From assembly GCA_018065365.1 (NCBI GenBank), contig JAGHTH010000137.1, forward strand, positions 1 to 38,874: DNA of 38,874 bases. The letters run 5' to 3'. Of the stretch, positions 6,889-14,316 are shown one piece after another; the first letter of the stretch is position 1, and the number at the start of each line of letters is the position of its first letter. A program made the translations under genes and the position numbers. The notes below the pieces were generated by a model. The model was not told the DNA's origin, made no database searches, and saw only the letters and a list, made by a program, of their open reading frames with translations. The DNA comes from Candidatus Coliplasma caballi (GTDB taxonomy: Bacteria > Bacillota > Clostridia > Oscillospirales > CAG-382).

Positions 6889-9534
6889 ATGGCAGAAAAG
6901 AAGAAAAGCAACGCAAAAAAGACGTCTTCCCCAAAAGGAAAGACCTATACCGCAAAGCGCACTCCCGAACTCAAAAAGGACAAAAAGCAGACGAAAGACA
7001 CCCCGTTCGTCCGTTTTCTGCTTGCCTTTTTTGCGGTATTCATCGTCATTACGTTCTTTCCGCAGATCGATTCGGGCGCGCTCGGCGCCGTGCGGGATCT
7101 GCTGCGCGGATTGTTCGGATTCGGGTATTACCTGGTCCCCGTGTTCTTATTCCTGTGGGTTACGTTCTGGAAGCGCGACGTCGAGAACGCCGTGTTCGGC
7201 TATAAAACGCTGCTGCTTTGGGGCGGGTTTCTGTTCACGCTCGGGATCGTGCATCTGATCGCGGTTCACCACACCTCTCCCGAAGAATACGGCGCGGCGG
7301 TCAAATCGTTCGACCACCTTTATGAAAACGGAAAAGCCCTCGCCGGCGGCGGCGTGATCGGCGGCGGTTTCGGCGCGTTGATCGCGATCGCGGTCGGTTG
7401 GGTGGCAACCACCATTCTCTGCTCGGTCGGCGTGTTCGTCTGCGGCGTTCTGTATTGCGGAAGCACCCCGGCGGCAACGCTCCGCGCGATCCGCGGCTGG
7501 TTTGTAGGCGTAACCGAAAAGGCGGCCGAGGAGCCGGAAGAACTTCCCGCAAAAGCAAAAAAGGCAAAGGCGGAGCCCACGGAAGAACTGCGCCCCGCCA
7601 AGCATAAACTCGCTTCCGTCCTCGTGGACGACAAGGAGATCACGGACGACGTCGTCGCGACCGAGCAGAACGGTCAGCGCCGTTTCATCCTGCCCGCAGA
7701 GGAACAGGAGGAAGTGTTCGCCCACGTTACCCGAAAGAAGAAAGAGGAATTGCTCCCCGAGGAGCCCGCGCAGACCGGCATTCCGGACTACGAGCCGGAA
7801 ATCACAAGAGAGGAAGCGCCCGTGATCCCGGAGATCCCGGTCGTTACGGTGCAGACCGAAAGCGCGGAAGAAGAGCCGCTTCAGATCGTGGAAGAAAGCG
7901 AAGAACTTCCCGTCGAAGACGACGCTTCCGAACCCGTCATCAAAGAGCCCTCCACGGCTGAAGAAGTTCTGAAAGAACTTGCGGAAGACGACGTGGAAAG
8001 CGAGCCGCTCGACGTTCCGGCGGAGGTCAAAGCGCCTTACGTGTTCCCGCCGATCTCGCTGTTGGCGCAGGACCAGTCCGACACCCCGCGTCCCACGCAG
8101 GCGGACGTCAACGCCGTCAGCAGAAAACTCGAGACAGTGCTGGAGAGTTTCAAAGTCAAAGCCAAAGTCATCGGCGCGTCGTTCGGCCCGACCGTTACGC
8201 GCTACGAAGTGCAGCCCGAAACGGGCGTGCGCGTCAAACAGATCGCCAACCTTTCGGACGACATCGCGCTGCACCTTGCGGCGACCTCGGTGCGTATTGA
8301 GAACATTCCCGGCAAGTCGGCGATCGGTATCGAGATCCCGAACAGGTCTTCCGCGACCGTCCGTCTGCGCAACCTGATCGAAGCCACGGCGTTCCACGAC
8401 AGCAAGTCGCGGCTGATCACCGCGCTCGGCGAAGACGTTTCCGGCTCGCCGGTCTATCTCGACATCGGAAAAATGCCGCACCTGCTGATCGCCGGCGCGA
8501 CCGGTATGGGTAAATCGGTCTGCATGAACTCGCTGATCGTTTCGCTGCTCTACCACGCTTCGCCCGACGAAGTGAAATTCATCATGATCGATCCCAAAAA
8601 GGTCGAAATGGCGGATTACAACGGCATCCCGCACCTGCTCGTTCCGGTCATCAACGACGCCAAGAAGGCGGCGGGTACGCTGAACTGGGCGTGCGTCGAA
8701 ATGGAAAAGCGGTACGAACTGATCCAGGAAGTCAACGCGAAAAACCTCAACGAATACAACGCGATCGTCAAAGACGATCCCGAGAGAGAAGCCGTCCCGT
8801 ATATCGTGATCTTCATCGACGAGCTTGCCGACTTGATGATGACCGCTCCCGACGACGTGGAAACCTCGATCTGCCGTCTGGCGCAGAAAGCGCGCGCGGC
8901 GGGGATCCACCTCGTCATCGGTACGCAGCGTCCTTCGGTTGACGTCATTACCGGTCTGATCAAAGCGAACATCCCGTCGCGTACCGCGTTTACGGTCGCT
9001 TCACAGGTCGATTCCCGTACCATTCTGGATATGGCGGGCGCGGAAAAACTGCTCGGCCGCGGCGATATGTTGTACTACCCCGTCGGCGCGATGAAACCCC
9101 AGCGTGTGCAGGGTGCGTTCGTGGACGGAAAGTCCGAGGTCGTAGCGGTTACGCAGTTCATCAAGCAGGCGTCCGCGTCAACCTACGATCAGTCGATCAT
9201 CGACCAGATCGAAAAAGAAGCGCGGCTCTGTGGCGCTCCCAAGCACGGACACAAGTCCGACGGCGAGGAGGGCGGCAGCGAGGAGATCCGCCTCGACGAC
9301 AAATTCTACGACGCGCTCGAATTGGCGATCGACGCGAAGAACGTATCGACTTCGATGCTGCAAACGCGGCTCGGTCTGGGCTACGCCCGCGCGGCGCGCA
9401 TCGTCGGCGTCATGGAACAGAAAGGATATATCGGCGCGTACGATACCACCACCAAGACGCGTCGGATCATCATTACCAAAGAAGAACTGCTCGAACTGAA
9501 AATGGGCAAGTCGGAGAACGACGATGAAGAATAA
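6889..9534 (+). CDS. ftsK: DNA translocase FtsK/SpoIIIE
   Basis: 881 aa. It has N-terminal TM helices, an E/P/K-rich linker, a motor domain with Walker A GATGMGKS and Walker B IVIFIDELADL, and a C-terminal winged-helix gamma domain (STSMLQTRLGLGYARAARIV). Confidence 0.95.
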   Translation: MAEKKKSNAKKTSSPKGKTYTAKRTPELKKDKKQTKDTPFVRFLLAFFAVFIVITFFPQIDSGALGAVRDLLRGLFGFGYYLVPVFLFLWVTFWKRDVENAVFGYKTLLLWGGFLFTLGIVHLIAVHHTSPEEYGAAVKSFDHLYENGKALAGGGVIGGGFGALIAIAVGWVATTILCSVGVFVCGVLYCGSTPAATLRAIRGWFVGVTEKAAEEPEELPAKAKKAKAEPTEELRPAKHKLASVLVDDKEITDDVVATEQNGQRRFILPAEEQEEVFAHVTRKKKEELLPEEPAQTGIPDYEPEITREEAPVIPEIPVVTVQTESAEEEPLQIVEESEELPVEDDASEPVIKEPSTAEEVLKELAEDDVESEPLDVPAEVKAPYVFPPISLLAQDQSDTPRPTQADVNAVSRKLETVLESFKVKAKVIGASFGPTVTRYEVQPETGVRVKQIANLSDDIALHLAATSVRIENIPGKSAIGIEIPNRSSATVRLRNLIEATAFHDSKSRLITALGEDVSGSPVYLDIGKMPHLLIAGATGMGKSVCMNSLIVSLLYHASPDEVKFIMIDPKKVEMADYNGIPHLLVPVINDAKKAAGTLNWACVEMEKRYELIQEVNAKNLNEYNAIVKDDPEREAVPYIVIFIDELADLMMTAPDDVETSICRLAQKARAAGIHLVIGTQRPSVDVITGLIKANIPSRTAFTVASQVDSRTILDMAGAEKLLGRGDMLYYPVGAMKPQRVQGAFVDGKSEVVAVTQFIKQASASTYDQSIIDQIEKEARLCGAPKHGHKSDGEEGGSEEIRLDDKFYDALELAIDAKNVSTSMLQTRLGLGYARAARIVGVMEQKGYIGAYDTTTKTRRIIITKEELLELKMGKSENDDEE

Positions 9535-10057
9535 ACGTTGGCTTCCCCTGCTCCTTGCGCTGCTCTTGCTCCTGTTTTGCTCCTGCGAAGCGGACGGCGG
9601 CGATTTCGGGAACGAACAGACGCGCCCGTTGGAACGCATCCGCGAAGCGTTGCTTTCCGGCAACGCGGAAACCTACGAATCGGCGTTCCCGGAAGACTTT
9701 TTGCGGATCTACCGTTCGAATTACGAAGACATCGACAGCGTTGTGGAAACGCTGCTTCACGCCGGACTCGAGCGCGACACGTCCGCTTACGGTCTGGATA
9801 CCGCTTTGACGTTTGAACTGCTCAAATCGGAGAACTATCCCGTGTCGGCGCTTTCGGCGCAGGTCTATTACGACAACATCGACGAATTCCTGTATAACCT
9901 TCCGATCGACAGCGTCGAAGAAGCACGAGCGCTGGAGGTCGAGATCGTTCGCAAGGGCTCGTTCGGAGAAAAGACGTCCGTGCTGGAATTCACGGTGCTG
10001 AAGATCGAAGGCGTGTGGTATCTCCACCCCGCTGATTTCGGAACGCTGTTGAACTGA
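9524..10057 (+). CDS. secreted protein or lipoprotein, hypothetical
   Basis: 177-aa ORF with signal peptide MKNKRWLPLLLALLLLLFCSC. It overlaps the ftsK end by 11 nt and has a GGAGAA SD. No recognisable domain. Confidence 0.7.
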   Translation: MKNKRWLPLLLALLLLLFCSCEADGGDFGNEQTRPLERIREALLSGNAETYESAFPEDFLRIYRSNYEDIDSVVETLLHAGLERDTSAYGLDTALTFELLKSENYPVSALSAQVYYDNIDEFLYNLPIDSVEEARALEVEIVRKGSFGEKTSVLEFTVLKIEGVWYLHPADFGTLLN

Positions 10058-10070
10058 AAAAAGGAATACA

Positions 10071-10100
10071 AAAAACGGCAAGTCGAAACTTGCCGTTTTC
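10071..10100. terminator. bidirectional intrinsic terminator between convergent genes
   Basis: AAAAA-ACGGCAAGT-cgaa-ACTTGCCGT-TTTT: a perfect 9-bp stem flanked by an A-tract and a T-tract. It sits between the 9524-10057 gene (+) and nrdR (-). Confidence 0.8.
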
Positions 10101-10127
10101 GTTTTGCGGAATTCGGTTTTATGGTAT

Positions 10128-10592
10128 TCAGTTCCCTTTTTTCTCGTCGAGCAGGCGGTTCAGTTCGTCCATAAACGCGCCGATGTCCTTGAACTGACGG
10201 TAAACCGACGCGAAGCGAACGTACGCAACCTCGTCGAGCGCTTTCAGACGATCCATGACCATTTCGCCGATGCGGGAAGAATTGACTTCGCTCTGCAGAG
10301 AGTTCTGGAGCGTGGTCTCGATATCGCTGACCAGCGCGTCCATCTGTTCCAGCGTAACGAACCGTTTGTCGCAGGCGCGGATCACGCTGCGCAGCAGTTT
10401 GCTGCGATCGAACGCTTCACGGGAGCGGTCTTTTTTGACGACGATCAGCGGGAGCGCTTCGATCATTTCATAGGTGGTAAACCGTTTGCCGCAGCTGAGG
10501 CATTCGCGGCGTCTGCGAATCGTACTGCCGTCGCTTGAGGGACGGGAATCAACGACTTTGCTCTCGGGATGCGCGCAGGTAGGACATTTCAT
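10128..10592 (-). CDS. nrdR: transcriptional repressor NrdR
   Basis: 154 aa. MKCPTCAHPESKVVDSRPS...RRRRECLSCGKRFTTYE is the NrdR zinc ribbon, followed by an ATP-cone. Confidence 0.95.
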   Translation of the reverse strand: MKCPTCAHPESKVVDSRPSSDGSTIRRRRECLSCGKRFTTYEMIEALPLIVVKKDRSREAFDRSKLLRSVIRACDKRFVTLEQMDALVSDIETTLQNSLQSEVNSSRIGEMVMDRLKALDEVAYVRFASVYRQFKDIGAFMDELNRLLDEKKGN

Positions 10593-10610
10593 ACAGTTTC
10601 TTCCTTTCTG

Positions 10611-11465
10611 TTAATCAATATCGCGGACGATCTCCTCCGGGGGAACGTCCAGCATGGATGGATTGCTCAAAAGATGTTTCAGGCAATGGAAGACGGACGC
10701 GTAACCGAAGCCGTCCGTGATCCGTTCATCCAGCGTAAATTTCAAATCAATGTATTTCTTGCGTACCAGATTCCCGTCATCGTCGGTAACGTGCGTTACG
10801 TAGCCGTTTCCGAACGAGCAGAACACCGGAATGTTTCCGAAATTATATAAGTGATGATAGATCGGCTGAATGCGGAGCGAGCCCATCGACGTGATCGCAA
10901 ACGATCCGTGGAACGGCGAAACGTCGGTCAGAATCTTCGGCATCCATCCGAAATAATCCAAAAAATAGAACAGATCCATCGCGCCGCGCATCAATACCCT
11001 CGGGACGTGTTTGAAAAAGCCCGCGATATGATCGAAATCGGTGTCGCCGTTCCGCGCTTCCTCCACCTTTTCGTGCAGGATGCGGTACACGTCGTCTGCC
11101 GTCGCGTCGGGCGGGAAGATCACTTTCAGCACCGTCTCGGGCGCGTTGACTTCCAGCGCGACCTTGATGGTCAGCATCACTTCGATCTTGTTTCGCGCGT
11201 AGATCCGCTGTCCGCGAATGAATCGGTTGAGTTCCGGGTGCTTTGCGACCGTGCGAACGTAGGCAGCCAGAATCAGATACATCATATTGTAATCCGCAAG
11301 TCCCTGCTGCTTTTTGCCGCGGATAAATTCTTCCGCTTTCGAAACTTCAAAACGGTCTGTATAATAATTGGTGGAATCCTGCCGCGTTCTCATGATGAAC
11401 GGCGCCACGTAATTCATCGGACAGAGCGTCTTGATCTTTCTGCCCTCGCGCATTCTCTTGCTCAT
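10611..11465 (-). CDS. stand-alone 2-oxoacid dehydrogenase E2-type acyltransferase catalytic-domain (CAT-fold) protein with a variant active-site motif
   Basis: The C-terminal block IDLKFTLDERITDGFGYASVFHCLKHLLSNPSML matches the E2 block ...S.DHR..DGA....FL..L...LE.P, but with Glu in place of His. I chose the ATG at 11465 (SD GGAAGGCGG) rather than the track start at 11555. Confidence 0.6.
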   Translation of the reverse strand: MSKRMREGRKIKTLCPMNYVAPFIMRTRQDSTNYYTDRFEVSKAEEFIRGKKQQGLADYNMMYLILAAYVRTVAKHPELNRFIRGQRIYARNKIEVMLTIKVALEVNAPETVLKVIFPPDATADDVYRILHEKVEEARNGDTDFDHIAGFFKHVPRVLMRGAMDLFYFLDYFGWMPKILTDVSPFHGSFAITSMGSLRIQPIYHHLYNFGNIPVFCSFGNGYVTHVTDDDGNLVRKKYIDLKFTLDERITDGFGYASVFHCLKHLLSNPSMLDVPPEEIVRDID

Positions 11466-11526
11466 GCGTTTTCCGCCTTCCCTATTTGGTAGGTGCTTTC
11501 TCCGAATATATACTATATCTTGTAGT

Positions 11527-11555
11527 ATTATAGCACATCTTTTTTCGTTTTGCAA
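11527..11555 (-). promoter_or_regulatory. sigma-A type promoter for the acyltransferase-like gene and nrdR
   Basis: Minus strand reads TTGCAA, a 17-nt spacer (aacgaaaaaagatgtgc), then TATAAT with an extended TGc. It lies 61 nt upstream of the ATG at 11465. Confidence 0.55.
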
Positions 11556-11596
11556 CTATTTTTCAGTAAAAAAGCACAGAAATTTCAAAAAACGGA

Positions 11597-11625
11597 TTGC
11601 AAAACCACAAAAAATATGATATACT
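11597..11625 (+). promoter_or_regulatory. sigma-A type promoter for lipoprotein paralog 3
   Basis: TTGCAA, a 17-nt spacer (aaccacaaaaaatatga), then TATACT with TGa. It lies 35 nt upstream of the ATG at 11661. Confidence 0.55.
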
Positions 11626-11660
11626 CATTGCAGAAAGAATAGCATAAGGAGAGGAATCGT

Positions 11661-13235
11661 ATGAAAACAAACAAATCGCGCATCCTTTGCCTGCTTCTTG
11701 CAGCGTTCCTTTGTTTCGGAATTTTTCTGACCGCCTGCGGCGACGATGAGGAATCTTCCGCGGAAGCGTCCAAAGAGCAGAGTGAAGTTTCCCTTGACCC
11801 CGAAAGCGAATACAAAGACGCGAACGGCAACTACGTCGGAAAAACTTCCGGCAACAAGTACGGCAACCGTGTCGTCAAATTCCTGACCTGCGGCGTCAAC
11901 CAGGATCACAACTCCGAGATCATCTACAACGAATATGAGCCCGGCACGGCAGAGTCTTCCAAGATGATCGAGGTCGTCAATCGCGCGCAGGGCGACCGTA
12001 TCGATATGGTCGAACAGCTTCTCGAAGTAGAAATCGAGGAAGAATACGTTTACGACGGCAGACGCAAGAACGCCGAGATGTGCAACCGTATTCGCGGCGA
12101 CAACATCACGCTGACGGCGGACTATCAGGTCGTCGTTCCCTGCCTGTACGACGGCGCAACGCTGGCGCAGGAAGGCGCACTGATCAACCTGTACGACCTG
12201 CCCGGCATCCAGATGGCTGCTCCGTGGTGGGATCAGGTGTTCAACGAAGAAGCTACCATCGCCGAACAACTTTATTTCACGATCGGCGATATCGGCAACA
12301 TCAACAAGTCCTCGACTGCGGCTCTGACTTTCAACAAGTCGCTGTACGAGCGCAACAAACTGACCGAGAAATACGGCGGACTCCCCTACGACCTCGTCCG
12401 CAACGGCACCTGGACGCTCGACGTCGTTCTGCAGATGACCAAAGAGATCAGCAACGACCTTGACCACAGCGGTGCGATCGACTACAAGGACGAATACGGC
12501 TGGGGCGGTCAGCTCGACGATATGTGGAGCATCTTCTACGGTTCCGGCTCCAAGATCGCGACCACGAAGACGGCTGACGGGTATCCCGAACTCTGTATGT
12601 ACTCCGAGCGCAGTTCCTCCGTCATGGACAAACTGCAGTCGCTCGTGCAGGATGACCTCCACTACGTTTCCGCAAACGATTACTTCGGCGTTGCGCAGTG
12701 GCCGACCGTTCTGCTGCAGGACAACTTCATCGGCGGACACAGCTTGTTCTACAACGGCAACATGGCAACCCCGATCGAACTCGGCGAAATGGACGACGCT
12801 TACGGCCTGCTTCCGATCCCGAAAGGCGACGATACGCAGGACGGCTATTACAGTCTGGTCAACCCCTGGACTTCGACCTGCTTTGCGGTTCCGATGTCCT
12901 TGCCGGAAAAAGACTACGAACTGGTCGCGGATCTGTTCAACGTCATGGGCGCGGTTTCCAAGAACCTCGTGGCTCCCGCATACCTCAACCAGTGCCTTGA
13001 ATACATGAAGACGCGCGATGACGACACGATCGACATGATCGAGAACTACATCCTGCCCGGACGCGGATGCGACATCGGCATGATCTTCGCATGGGGCGGG
13101 TTGGATATTCTGCTGCAGGATATGGCATCGAACGCTCCCGGCACGTTCCGTTCTTCCTACGAGGCAAAGTCGGCATCGGCACAGGCAGCGTTGGATGAGA
13201 CGGTGGCGCAATTCAAATCCCAGTCCCAAAATTGA
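11661..13235 (+). CDS. lipoprotein, diverged paralog 3 of the ~500-aa family
   Basis: 524 aa with the lipobox FLTAC-G. Its motifs are colinear with paralogs 1 and 2: APWWDQ, IGDIGN, GTWTLD, YGLLPIP, KNLVAPAY, TRDDDTIDMIE. Confidence 0.85.
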   Translation: MKTNKSRILCLLLAAFLCFGIFLTACGDDEESSAEASKEQSEVSLDPESEYKDANGNYVGKTSGNKYGNRVVKFLTCGVNQDHNSEIIYNEYEPGTAESSKMIEVVNRAQGDRIDMVEQLLEVEIEEEYVYDGRRKNAEMCNRIRGDNITLTADYQVVVPCLYDGATLAQEGALINLYDLPGIQMAAPWWDQVFNEEATIAEQLYFTIGDIGNINKSSTAALTFNKSLYERNKLTEKYGGLPYDLVRNGTWTLDVVLQMTKEISNDLDHSGAIDYKDEYGWGGQLDDMWSIFYGSGSKIATTKTADGYPELCMYSERSSSVMDKLQSLVQDDLHYVSANDYFGVAQWPTVLLQDNFIGGHSLFYNGNMATPIELGEMDDAYGLLPIPKGDDTQDGYYSLVNPWTSTCFAVPMSLPEKDYELVADLFNVMGAVSKNLVAPAYLNQCLEYMKTRDDDTIDMIENYILPGRGCDIGMIFAWGGLDILLQDMASNAPGTFRSSYEAKSASAQAALDETVAQFKSQSQN

Positions 13236-13292
13236 TCGACTGTGTCAGGAAGTCCAGACCGCAAACCGAAAAATTTTATAGAAAAAGATATT

Positions 13293-13355
13293 ATGAAAAC
13301 GCTGGAAATCATCCGGCGTTTTCTTCTTTATACAGCTAAAGCGGTTTGCTTTGAA
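13293..13355 (+). repeat. 63-nt intergenic repeat copy A (contains the terminator hairpin of the lipoprotein gene)
   Basis: ATGAAAACGCTGGAAATCATCCGGCGTTTTCTTCTTTATACAGCTAAAGCGGTTTGCTTTGAA. The hairpin is AACGCTGGA/TCCGGCGTT followed by a T-tract. It aligns without gaps to copy B, 257 nt downstream, with most positions identical by eye. Confidence 0.75.
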
Positions 13356-13427
13356 CAATTTTCCCCTCTCGACGTACATCAGTACGCCTTCGGGAGAAAA
13401 TTGTCCAATCTGAATCTCCCTGACGCA

Positions 13428-13475
13428 GTCTCCGGCCGGTTGCAGACCGAGGTCTCCGGTTGGTTGCAGACCAAG
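13428..13475 (+). repeat. 24-nt tandem direct repeat, two copies
   Basis: GTCTCCGGCCGGTTGCAGACCGAG followed by GTCTCCGGTTGGTTGCAGACCAAG (21/24 identical). It lies between the two terminator modules. Confidence 0.85.
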
Positions 13476-13549
13476 GTGAGTGCCAAAAGATACACCGACC
13501 TTGTCAGAGTGCGCAGAACGCAAATCGGACGAAAAGCAGAATAGACAAA

Positions 13550-13612
13550 ATGAAAACGCCGGATATTATCCGGCGCTTTCTTTGCTATACGGTAAAATCG
13601 GATTGCTTTGAA
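13550..13612 (+). repeat. 63-nt intergenic repeat copy B (contains a bidirectional terminator hairpin)
   Basis: ATGAAAACGCCGGATATTATCCGGCGCTTTCTTTGCTATACGGTAAAATCGGATTGCTTTGAA. The stem is CGCCGGA/TCCGGCG, flanked by AAAA on one side and CTTTCTTT on the other. Confidence 0.75.
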
Positions 13613-13620
13613 AGGGTTTC

Positions 13621-13773
13621 TCAAAAATCGTACAATCGGTCGCGCGGATCGCGGTCAATACGGACGGACTGTTCGGACGCGGAGTGGTCGGGAGGGCAAG
13701 TTTTGCCCTGTTTGCCGTTCTTTTCGTTCTTCTCGTTCTTTGCGTTTTTGTTCTGATTTTTCTTCTGTTCCAT
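13621..13773 (-). CDS. possible small K/N/E-rich protein (50 aa); coding status uncertain
   Basis: MEQKKNQNKNAKNEKNEKNGKQGKTCPPDHSASEQSVRIDRDPRDRLYDF. AAAGGAG lies 8 nt upstream of the ATG, and third-codon positions are more GC-rich than the ORF overall. However, the SD is the 3' arm of the rlmH terminator, and I found no promoter of its own in the short gap. Confidence 0.3.
   Translation of the reverse strand: MEQKKNQNKNAKNEKNEKNGKQGKTCPPDHSASEQSVRIDRDPRDRLYDF
13716..13751 (+). repeat. 9-nt tandem repeat, about 4 copies
   Basis: CGTTCTTTT CGTTCTTCT CGTTCTTTG CGTTTTTGT. On the minus strand it encodes the NEKNEKN part of the small ORF. Confidence 0.7.
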
Positions 13774-13774
13774 C

Positions 13775-13832
13775 AAAAAAGCTCCTTTTTGCAATGAATG
13801 GTTTGTAACCCTATTGTTGCGCAAAAAGGAGC
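13775..13832 (-). terminator. intrinsic terminator of rlmH and the long minus-strand array
   Basis: A perfect 12-bp inverted repeat, GCTCCTTTTTGC (13781-13792) and GCAAAAAGGAGC (13821-13832), with a 28-nt loop. On the minus strand it is followed by TTTTTT. It starts 7 nt after the rlmH stop. Confidence 0.6.
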
Positions 13833-13839
13833 GTGTTAT

Positions 13840-14316
13840 TCACTTATGATATCTTTTTCCCGCAAGGATCGTAAACCCGCGGTAGATCTGCTCTGCGAGC
13901 AAAATCCGGGCAATGCGGTGCGGAAAGGTCATCTGCGAAACGGAAAGCCGGAGATCGCACTCTTTTTTGAGCGTTTCGTCCAGCCCATGACTGCTGCCGA
14001 TCAGAAAGCAGATCCCGCCCGTAAGCGTTTTTTCGCCCAGAAACGCGGCGAACTGTTCCGACGACATCGGTTTTCCCTCCACGCAGAGCGCGACTTTCGC
14101 GTGATGCGGCGGGATCGCGGCGCGGATTTTGACCGCTTCCGCGGCAAGCGCTTTGCGGATGACCGCCTCGCTCGCTTCGTCCGAAACGCGTTCCTCGGGA
14201 ATGCAGACCGTTTTATAATTGCAGTACGCGGACAGGCGCTTGCGGTATTCTTCCTCGGCCTCGCGGAAATACCCCTCGCGGAAATCGCCCACGTGGATCA
14301 ACGTGATCGCGGTCAT
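13840..14316 (-). CDS. rlmH: 23S rRNA (pseudouridine1915-N3)-methyltransferase RlmH
   Basis: 158-aa SPOUT-family protein with typical RlmH size and motifs (ICFLIGSSHGL, ...LSVSQMTFPH). An ATGA overlap with the upstream gene lies at 14313-14316. Confidence 0.9.
   Translation of the reverse strand: MTAITLIHVGDFREGYFREAEEEYRKRLSAYCNYKTVCIPEERVSDEASEAVIRKALAAEAVKIRAAIPPHHAKVALCVEGKPMSSEQFAAFLGEKTLTGGICFLIGSSHGLDETLKKECDLRLSVSQMTFPHRIARILLAEQIYRGFTILAGKRYHK

Noticed and set aside
7147-8910. Other long shadow ORFs: a 587-aa ORF antisense to ftsK, a 789-aa ORF (20871-23240) antisense to ileS, a 409-aa ORF (99-1328) opposite the peptidase and methyltransferase genes, and many shorter ones.
   Set aside because: The explanation is the same. 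The opposite strand carries unmistakable conserved proteins, and the shadow translations are low-complexity.
13205-13235. A tRNA T-arm-like string (TTCAAATCC) near 13211.
   Set aside because: It lies inside the lipoprotein coding frame (AQFKSQSQN). No acceptor stem or anticodon arm can be drawn.
13242-13756. Plus-strand ORFs beginning at the repeated ATGAAAACG (MKTLEIIRRFLLYTAKAVCFEQ... and MKTPDIIRRFLCYTVKSDCFER...), which look like a conserved 23-aa peptide start.
   Set aside because: The ATG sits at the foot of a terminator hairpin and there is no SD. Differences between the copies are mostly non-synonymous (about 6 of 9 changed codons), and similarity stops where the nucleotide repeat stops. 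This fits an RNA or DNA element better than a peptide. The F-rich tail of the second ORF is just the complement of the 9-nt repeat.
13236-13839. Possible CRISPR array or mobile-element remnant, given the several repeats in this island.
   Set aside because: There are only two copies of each repeat. The repeat-spacer periodicity is not regular. There are no cas genes, and no inverted terminal repeats, transposase or integrase nearby.
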